In this document: positions 23,466 to 32,000 of the stretch, one piece after another
Layout: the number at the start of each line of letters is the position of its first letter
Numbering within the stretch: the first letter of the stretch is position 1
Notes under the pieces: generated by a model
Seen by the model: only the letters and a program-made list of their open reading frames with translations
What the model was told of the DNA's origin: nothing
Database searches by the model: none
NCBI GenBank assembly: GCA_963675515.1
Contig: OY776328.1
Span: 2,160,001 to 2,192,000 of the forward strand
Origin: Coprobacillaceae bacterium
GTDB taxonomy: Bacteria > Bacillota_I > Bacilli_A > Erysipelotrichales > Coprobacillaceae
Length of the DNA stretch: 32,000 nt
Direction: 5' to 3'
Made by a program: the position numbers and the translations under genes

Positions 23466-24325
23466 CATTTTTTTTCGGCTATGATGTCAGGCAGGGTGAA
23501 TCCCCGGCCGTTGACGCTGTGGGTCTCGTTGGAAATCATGAAAGCTTCCGAGTCGATGGCCAGCACGACCTCGTGGAGACTGTGGATCTGGCGATAGGTT
23601 ACCACCGACATCACCGCATATGAACTCTCCTGCTTGTACCCCGTGGTGATCTTGTAAAGGGTGCAGCCCCGGTCGATGTTTTTATAGATGGCATCGCGGA
23701 TCTCCAGGTATCTGGGGGAGATGATCTGGACCTGGATCTTGGATTTGCCTAGAAGCATGACCTTGTCGATGATGTAGAAATTCAAAATCACGATGAAAAG
23801 GCCATAGAGAATCTGTTCGCTGTTGGAAAAGGCGAACTGGAAAAGCAGGATCCCGATGTCGATCGAATTGATCACAACCGAAAGGTTGAGCTTCGTCTTT
23901 CTGGCGATAATGATGGCCGGAATGTCGGTCCCCCCGGTGCTTGCGCCCAGGCGGATGACCAGGCCGACCCCGCCCCCGATGCAGATCGCCCCGAAAAACG
24001 CAACCAGGAGACGGTCGTCAGACAGGCTGGTTATTCCCGGAATCTTTTCAAGCAGGGTCAAAAAAGTCGGGAACAGCACTGTGGACAATGCCGTTCCCAT
24101 GGCGAACTTCCTGCCAAGGACAAAATACCCGGCAATGAAGACAATAATATTGAATGCGTAGACGTAGACATAATAAGGCAAGTGGGTATAGTAGCTAAGA
24201 ATCAGGCCGATTCCCGTACCCCCGCCCAGAATGAAGCCATAGGGCTTGACAAAGGCAACGACCCCCAAAGCCAGCAGGGCATTGCCCACAACCATCAGCA
24301 TCAGGTTGGCCAAGCGGTTAGTCAT
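23465..24325 (-). CDS. YitT-family membrane protein (DUF161 repeats plus a C-terminal DUF2179-like domain)
   Basis: Polytopic N-terminus with GGGTGIGL and GASTGGTDI motifs, and a soluble C-terminal domain. ATG 24325 follows GGTGGA; the ORF-track start at 24334 is GTG. Confidence 0.75.
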   Translation of the reverse strand: MTNRLANLMLMVVGNALLALGVVAFVKPYGFILGGGTGIGLILSYYTHLPYYVYVYAFNIIVFIAGYFVLGRKFAMGTALSTVLFPTFLTLLEKIPGITSLSDDRLLVAFFGAICIGGGVGLVIRLGASTGGTDIPAIIIARKTKLNLSVVINSIDIGILLFQFAFSNSEQILYGLFIVILNFYIIDKVMLLGKSKIQVQIISPRYLEIRDAIYKNIDRGCTLYKITTGYKQESSYAVMSVVTYRQIHSLHEVVLAIDSEAFMISNETHSVNGRGFTLPDIIAEKK

Positions 24326-25432
24326 CGCTTCCACCGTTTACCATATGCCTCAAGTAGGCATATGCGAAACTGTCCAGATCGCCATCGAGCACCTTCTCCA
24401 CCTGGGCAGTCTCTTCAAGCGAGCGGTGGTCCTTGACCATAGAATACGGGTGGAGGACATACGAGCGGATCTGCGATCCCCAGGCGATTTCCTTCTGTTC
24501 GCCCCGGAGCTTGTCAATCTGGTCAGCTTGCTGCTCGAGCATCGCCTCATAGAGCTTGCTTTTCAACATCATCATCGCGGTTTCCCGGTTCTTGATCTGG
24601 GAACGCTGGGCCTGTGATGATACGACGATATTGGTCGGAATGTGGGTGATCCGCACCGCCGAATCGGTCGTGTTGACATGTTGCCCCCCCGCCCCTGAAG
24701 AGCGGAAAGTATCGATTCGCAGGTCGGCCGGATTGATGTCGATCTGGATATCCTGGGAAATCTCAGGCATCACGTCGACCGAAGCGAACGAAGTATGGCG
24801 CCGTTTCGCCGAATCGAATGGCGAGATGCGCACCAGCCGGTGCACCCCTTTTTCGCCCTTTAGAAGGCCATAGGCATTGTAGCCGGCAACCTTCAAGGTG
24901 ACCGATTTGACCCCGGCCACGTCGCCAGGCAGGTAGTCAAGAATCTCGACCTTGAAGTCCTTCTTGTCGGCGTATCTCTGGTACATGCGAAGAAGCATGC
25001 TGGCCCAGTCCTGGCTCTCGGTTCCCCCGGCCCCGGGATGGATCTCGATGATCGCATCGCTGGAGTCATGTTCGCCCGAAAGCAGAAGCTCGTTTTCAAA
25101 GTCATGGAGCTTCTTGGAAAAATCAAGATAATCATGCTCCAGGGCATCCTTGAAATCGGGATCGTCTTCGATTGTAAGCAGTTCATAGACATCCTCAAGC
25201 GACTGTAAAGTCGTCGTCAGATCGACGTAAGACTGGTATTTTTTCTGCATCGCTCTTAACTTGGTTTCGATCTTCTGCGCCTTGGTGGGATCCGCCCAGA
25301 AATCTCCAGCCATGGTTTGGACCTCGAGACCCTCAATCTCCCGAGACAGACCATCGATATCAAGCGAATCCTTGAGCTTGTCGCACAGGATTTTGGCCTG
25401 GTCAAGCCCGTTTCTTATTTCAAACAGTTCCA

Positions 25433-25433
<1 letters not shown>
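24318..25433 (-). CDS. prfB: Peptide chain release factor 2, encoded in a single frame with no programmed +1 frameshift
   Basis: SPF tripeptide (RISPFDS), the GGQ motif (SGAGGQHVNTTDSAV), and N-terminus MELFEIRN... continuous with the body. Its ATG overlaps the secA stop as TGATG. Confidence 0.9.
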
Positions 25434-28021
<2,588 letters not shown>

Positions 28022-28051
28022 ATTTTACTCCTTTAAGCTGATAACAGCCTT

Positions 28052-28080
28052 ATTATAACAATTTACAGCTATAAATTCAA
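28052..28080 (-). promoter_or_regulatory. Candidate promoter of secA-prfB
   Basis: The minus strand reads TTGAAT (28080-28075), 17 nt spacer, TGTTATAAT (extended -10, 28060-28052). Confidence 0.55.
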
Positions 28081-28138
28081 AGGTATTTGTGTACAATCGC
28101 CGTTAAAACCTTTACCTGAATTTAATATTCCTGACAGG

Positions 28139-28162
28139 AAAAAACCCGACAGGTGCCGGGTT
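28139..28162 (-). terminator. Rho-independent terminator after metY
   Basis: The minus strand reads AACCCG, 8-nt loop, CGGGTT, then T6 (plus-strand stem arms 28143-28148 and 28157-28162). It starts 2 nt after the metY stop. Confidence 0.75.
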
Positions 28163-28163
28163 G

Positions 28164-29441
28164 TCAGATTGTTTGAAGGGCCTGGTCGAGATCGGCGATG
28201 ATGTCGGTAACATCCTCGATGCCAACCGAGAGGCGGATCAGATCCGGAGCGACTCCGGCTTCTTCAAGCTGTTCCTTGGTCATCTGGCGGTGGGTGTGGC
28301 TGGCCGGATGGAGCAGGCAGGTCTTCGCATCGGCCACATGGGTCACGATTGAGACAAGTTCGAGCTTGTCGACGAATCTGGTTGTCGTAATGTCGTAGTC
28401 CTTGAGACCAAAGGCCAATACGCCACAGCTTCCTTCAGGCAGGTATTTTTTTGCCAGGTCATAATATTTGTCATCCTCGAGGCTCGGGAAATTCACCCAG
28501 GCAACCTTGGGGTGGTTTTTCAGGAATCTGGCAACTGCCAGGGCATTTTCATTGTGGCAAGGCATCCGCAGGTGCAATGTCTCAAGTCCCAGGTTCAACA
28601 AGAAGGCGTTCATCGGAGCCATAGTCGATCCCAGATCGCGCATCAGCTGGACTGTCGCCTTGGTTATGAAGGCGCCCTTGCCGAATTTCTTGGTGTAGAT
28701 AAGACCGTGGTAGGAATCATCAGGAGTCGTCAGTCCCGGGAACTTGTCATTCTGTTCCCAGTCGAAATTGCCGCTGTCGACGATGCATCCTCCCAGGGAT
28801 ACCGCGTGGCCGTCCATGTATTTGCTTGTCGAATGGGTGACGATATCCGCCCCGAATTCGAACGGCCGGCAGAACATCGGCGTCGCGAAGGTGTTGTCGA
28901 CAAGCAACGGGACTCCGTTGCTATGGGCCAGGGTTGCGAATTTTTCAATATCAAGCACCTTTACTGTCGGGTTGGCGATCGTTTCCCCGAAGACCAGCTT
29001 GGTGTTGGGCCTGATTTCCTTCTGGAGCTCTTCGAGACCGAGATCCTGGTCGACGAAGGTGCAATCGATGCCCAGTTTTTTCAAAGTCACGCCAAAAAGG
29101 TTGTAAGTCCCACCGTAGATGCTGCTTGAAGCCAGGACATGGTCACCGGCACTGGCGATATTGATTACTGCCAGGAAGTTGGCCGCCTGACCCGAGCTGG
29201 TCATCATTGCCGCAACCCCGCCTTCGAGGTCGGCGATTTTCGCCGCCACACTGTCGGTGGTCGGATTTTGCAGCCGGGTGTAGAAATAGCCGCTTGCTTC
29301 CAGATCGAACAACTCCGCCATCTGTTGGGAATTGTCATATTTGAAAGTGGTGCTTTGGATTATCGGTAAAGCCTGGGGTTCCCCCTTTTTGGGTACATAG
29401 CCCGAGCGAATGCATTTGGTTCCTAATTTTCTGTTTGCCAT
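28164..29441 (-). CDS. metY: O-acetylhomoserine aminocarboxypropyltransferase / sulfhydrylase (Cys/Met-metabolism PLP enzyme)
   Basis: 425 aa. Motifs seen: YTRLQNPT, VDNTFATP, and HSTSKYMDGH carrying the PLP lysine. Confidence 0.85.
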   Translation of the reverse strand: MANRKLGTKCIRSGYVPKKGEPQALPIIQSTTFKYDNSQQMAELFDLEASGYFYTRLQNPTTDSVAAKIADLEGGVAAMMTSSGQAANFLAVINIASAGDHVLASSSIYGGTYNLFGVTLKKLGIDCTFVDQDLGLEELQKEIRPNTKLVFGETIANPTVKVLDIEKFATLAHSNGVPLLVDNTFATPMFCRPFEFGADIVTHSTSKYMDGHAVSLGGCIVDSGNFDWEQNDKFPGLTTPDDSYHGLIYTKKFGKGAFITKATVQLMRDLGSTMAPMNAFLLNLGLETLHLRMPCHNENALAVARFLKNHPKVAWVNFPSLEDDKYYDLAKKYLPEGSCGVLAFGLKDYDITTTRFVDKLELVSIVTHVADAKTCLLHPASHTHRQMTKEQLEEAGVAPDLIRLSVGIEDVTDIIADLDQALQTI

Positions 29442-29468
29442 ATTGGAAGCTCCTTTCGATTGTAATAT

Positions 29469-29497
29469 ATTATAAGATTATTTTTATCCAAAATCAA
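29469..29497 (-). promoter_or_regulatory. Candidate promoter of metY
   Basis: The minus strand reads TTGATT (29497-29492), 17 nt spacer, TATAAT (29474-29469), then a leader of about 20 nt with AGGAG. Confidence 0.6.
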
Positions 29498-29509
29498 GAA
29501 AGGCCATAC

Positions 29510-30106
29510 CTAAAATTCCCTTTTGACAAAAAGGACCCGGCCGATGATCTCCATTTTCCTGTTCTCGACCTCTTCTCTTGTGTAATAGCGGTTTTCATAA
29601 GCCGGGTTGGCCGACTCGAGAATCACCACATCGCCCTTTTTGATGACCCGCTTGATGGTCGCTTCCTCCTGGTCGATCAGCACGACCGCGATCTGGGATG
29701 ATTCGACATCGCTTTGCTTCCGGATATACACCTGGTCGCCCGGATAGATGTGCAAGCCCGTCATCGAGTCCCCGACCACCTCGAGGAAATAGTCGCCCTG
29801 GTAATACTCCCGCTGGCTCACCGGAATCTCCTTGATATGGTTCTCGTCGCAAAAAAGGTCATAGCCGGCCTTGACAAGACCAAGCAAGGGCCGCGTGAAA
29901 GCCGGGGTGACAGCCTCATCGAGATACCGGTCGACATCCATATTGAGATATTTGGCGATGGCCACCATCTTGTCCTTGGGAATGGAAGCGATGGCCCCGG
30001 ATTCATAGCGCATTATGGTCGTTTTCGAACACGACACAACGCCCCCTAGCTGTTCGAGCGATATCTTCATTTTCTTGCGGGCCTGTCTCATCTCATCTTT
30101 AAACAT
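29510..30106 (-). CDS. XRE-HTH / S24 peptidase self-cleaving repressor (LexA/HdiR/CI-like)
   Basis: N-terminal HTH ISLEQLGGVVSCSKTTIMRYESG. A candidate Ala-Gly cleavage site (VKAGYD). Ser nucleophile GDSM and Lys in TIKRVIKKG. ATG 30106 follows GGAGG. Confidence 0.8.
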   Translation of the reverse strand: MFKDEMRQARKKMKISLEQLGGVVSCSKTTIMRYESGAIASIPKDKMVAIAKYLNMDVDRYLDEAVTPAFTRPLLGLVKAGYDLFCDENHIKEIPVSQREYYQGDYFLEVVGDSMTGLHIYPGDQVYIRKQSDVESSQIAVVLIDQEEATIKRVIKKGDVVILESANPAYENRYYTREEVENRKMEIIGRVLFVKREF

Positions 30107-30154
30107 AAATCCTCCATATTCATCCGTTATCAAAGCCGGAATATCGATAGGAAA

Positions 30155-30182
30155 ATTATATCATCTTTCGTCTTTAAAGCAA
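30155..30182 (-). promoter_or_regulatory. Candidate promoter of the S24 repressor gene
   Basis: The minus strand reads TTGCTT (30182-30177), 16 nt spacer, TATAAT (30160-30155). The -35 overlaps one copy of the GCAACTT motif. Confidence 0.5.
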
Positions 30183-30240
30183 CTTTTTTGCACTCTAAAA
30201 CGATAAAAAGCACCTGGATATTGAAATATGCAACTTCCGG

Positions 30241-30275
30241 TGTTAATATAATTGCGTAAATAAGTTTATACGCAA
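30241..30275 (+). promoter_or_regulatory. Candidate promoter and operator of the Y-family polymerase operon
   Basis: TGtTAATAT/TATAAT (30241-30252) is immediately followed by the palindrome TTGCGTA-N10-TACGCAA (30252-30258 and 30269-30275), which covers the predicted transcription start. Confidence 0.45.
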
Positions 30276-30292
30276 CTTTTGGAGGAATATTT

Positions 30293-31534
30293 ATGGACAA
30301 ATGGATTTTACATATTGATATCAACCATTGTTACGCCCAGATTGAAGAGATGAAAAATCCGGCCTTGAAGAAGATTCCCATGGCCGTTGGAGGCAAAGAG
30401 TCGAACCGCCATGGCATCATCCTGGCCAAGAATCTTGTGGCTAGAAAATACAAGATCAAGACCGGGGAGCCGATCCGCGATGCCCTGAAAAAATGTCCGG
30501 GACTCAAGATCATCCATCCCGAATTTGGCGACTACCAGTACTACACAACCAAGGTCAAGGACATCTATCACGAATACACCGACCAGGTCGAGTCGTATGG
30601 CCTCGATGAAGCCTGGCTCGACATAACCGATTCCCTGAAGCTTTTTGGCGACCCGATTGACATCGCGAAGCAGATCCAGCGGCGCATCAAAATGGAGATC
30701 GGGCTTACGGTTTCCGTAGGTATCAGCTTCAACAAGATTTTCGCGAAGATGGGCAGCGACATGTTCAAGCCTTATGGCCTGGTCCATATTTCCAAAGACA
30801 ACTTCAAGGAGATAGTCTGGCCCCTGGACATCGGCGAGCTGTTCTACGTCGGCCAGGCGACCAAAGCCAAGCTAAACCAGGTATACATAACCAAAATCGG
30901 CCAGCTGGCGCGCTGTTCGAAAGACTACATCAAATCGCTTTTGGGCAAGATGGGTGAAGTCCTCTGGCTGTTTGCCAACGGCTTCGACATGTCCGACGTC
31001 ATGCTTGCCACAAGCAAGACTATCGTCAAGTCGGTCGGCAATGGGGTGACCGCCATCAAGGATCTTTCCACCCTCGACCAGCTGCGCAGCGTCCTGCTTG
31101 TCCTTTGCGACAGCGTCGCCTCAAGGCTCAAGGACCAGAACCTCAAGGGCTTTGTGGTGACCCTTTCGCTGCGCGACAAGGAGCTCCACAGCTTCACCCG
31201 CCAGAAAAAGCGGGAGCAGGCTACCAACCTGTGCCAGGAAATAATGGCCACCATCGATGACCTGCTTGCAAAAAACCGCGATGAGTCCGCCAGCTACCGG
31301 TCCGTTGGCGTCCGGGTCAGCGACCTGATCGATGATAACCGGCGATACCAGCTATCCCTTTTCGAGGATGTAAACAGCCAGATTGACATGTACAATCTGG
31401 AAACGGCCATCGATTCCCTGCGGGCCAAGTACGGCTACTACAGCATATCCCGAGGTCTGGTCAAGGCCCAAAGCTTCTTGACCGATTTCAATCCCAAGGG
31501 CGACCACACCATCGCACCCAAAGGTTATTTCTAG
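30293..31534 (+). CDS. Y-family DNA polymerase, UmuC-like
   Basis: ILHIDINHCYAQIE (a DxN motif as in UmuC), GLDEAWLDIT (catalytic DE) and SVGISFNKIFAKMGS. 413 aa, with RBS GGAGG upstream. Confidence 0.85.
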   Translation: MDKWILHIDINHCYAQIEEMKNPALKKIPMAVGGKESNRHGIILAKNLVARKYKIKTGEPIRDALKKCPGLKIIHPEFGDYQYYTTKVKDIYHEYTDQVESYGLDEAWLDITDSLKLFGDPIDIAKQIQRRIKMEIGLTVSVGISFNKIFAKMGSDMFKPYGLVHISKDNFKEIVWPLDIGELFYVGQATKAKLNQVYITKIGQLARCSKDYIKSLLGKMGEVLWLFANGFDMSDVMLATSKTIVKSVGNGVTAIKDLSTLDQLRSVLLVLCDSVASRLKDQNLKGFVVTLSLRDKELHSFTRQKKREQATNLCQEIMATIDDLLAKNRDESASYRSVGVRVSDLIDDNRRYQLSLFEDVNSQIDMYNLETAIDSLRAKYGYYSISRGLVKAQSFLTDFNPKGDHTIAPKGYF

Positions 31535-31536
31535 TT

Positions 31537-31806
31537 ATGGAACAGGTATTCAAGCACTATGTCGGAGTCATCGCCTACATCAACATGACCGGCCAGCTCC
31601 GCCCGCTCTACATTGTCTGGAACGAGGGTGTCAAATATAAAATAGACCTGATCTACCGCACATCCCCGGCTGCGAGCCTGGCCGGAGGCGGGGGCATCCT
31701 GTACGAGTGCAAGGTGGCCCACAAGAGAATCAAGCTATATCAGGAAAAGAACCGCTGGTTCATCGAAACCAACCAGGCCCCCTTCGATTATTGGTGCGAA
31801 AGCTAA
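31537..31806 (+). CDS. Hypothetical 89-aa protein coupled to the Y-family polymerase gene
   Basis: It starts 2 nt after the polymerase TAG stop, and the operon terminator follows it. The sequence ...RPLYIVWNEGVKYKIDLI...PAASLAGGGGILYECKV...KLYQEKNRWFIE looks like a small all-beta protein. I cannot name a family. Confidence 0.6.
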   Translation: MEQVFKHYVGVIAYINMTGQLRPLYIVWNEGVKYKIDLIYRTSPAASLAGGGGILYECKVAHKRIKLYQEKNRWFIETNQAPFDYWCES

Positions 31807-31809
31807 AAA

Positions 31810-31833
31810 CCAGTCATTTCCGACTGGCTTTTT
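31810..31833 (+). terminator. Rho-independent terminator of the polymerase operon
   Basis: CCAGTC (31810-31815), loop ATTTCC, GACTGG (31822-31827), then CTTTTT. Confidence 0.75.
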
Positions 31834-31955
31834 GGCTTTTATTTGGATGAAACCGCATCAGTGCCACGTCGTGACAATCAAACCCGCAGGCAGTTGATTT
31901 AGATTTACATGGTGCCCCGCATCATCAAACCGACACGGATGCAACGTCGGCATAG

Positions 31956-32000
31956 TTAAAAAATGTCGACCGTCTCCCCGTTGAGGATCTTGTTTGTCGT
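31956..32000 (-). CDS. Possible 3' end of a minus-strand gene that continues beyond the window
   Basis: 15 sense codons (...TTNKILNGETVDIF) ending in TAA at 31956-31958. This is too short to identify or to be sure it is coding. Confidence 0.2.
   Translation of the reverse strand, partial: TTNKILNGETVDIF

Noticed and set aside
29442-29509. A SAM-I riboswitch or T-box leader upstream of metY.
   Set aside because: Only 68 nt are available and they are occupied by a promoter and RBS, which is far too short for either element.
30134-30292. A canonical Firmicute LexA (Cheo) box, GAAC-N4-GTTC, in the control region of the polymerase cassette.
   Set aside because: I read both strands of the 159-nt region and found no GAAC...GTTC dyad, so regulation by a housekeeping LexA is not supported by the sequence.

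Overview
The window is chromosomal DNA from what looks like a Bacillota (Firmicutes)-type bacterium. Supporting signs are AGGAGG-type ribosome-binding sites, many TGnTATAAT extended -10 promoters, secA-prfB synteny, tightly packed genes with recurrent 1-nt TAATG/TGATG stop/start overlaps, and UGA used as a stop codon. I saw no rRNA, tRNA, CRISPR array, transposase or integrase.

Gene content in order:
- metQ 3' end, a LysR regulator, and a CTP-transferase-family lipid kinase-like membrane protein.
- An NA37-like nucleoid-associated protein and yaaA.
- A long minus-strand block: gpmI, a thioredoxin-like lipoprotein, a Zn-ribbon membrane protein, a Cof-type HAD, hisC and a split chromate-transporter pair.
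- A complete preQ1 (queuosine precursor) operon, queD-queE-folE-queC-queF, behind a preQ1-I riboswitch.
- ftsE-ftsX plus a translationally coupled unknown ORF, and a stand-alone Zn-ribbon ORF.
- A mannose-family PTS operon (IIA-IIB-IIC-IID plus a small membrane ORF), preceded by a four-gene sensory operon: type-I periplasmic-binding protein, polytopic HisKA_3 kinase, NarL/LuxR response regulator, family-1 solute-binding protein.
- A second Cof-type HAD, a YitT-family protein, prfB, secA and metY.
- An SOS-like cassette: an HTH-S24 self-cleaving repressor divergent from a UmuC-like Y-family polymerase and a small coupled ORF.

The most interesting candidate is the four-component sensor next to the PTS. 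It resembles LevQRST/levDEFGX of Streptococcus mutans in architecture but appears to be built from a different two-component family.

Secondary points:
- SecA carries an N-terminal extension of about 54 aa.
- prfB has no programmed frameshift.
- The thioredoxin-like lipoprotein has a signal peptide with no canonical start codon.
- An unknown cytoplasmic protein is coupled to ftsEX.
- The divergent SOS-cassette promoters contain candidate operators.

All calls rest on reading the sequence and recalling family motifs. No database search was run.
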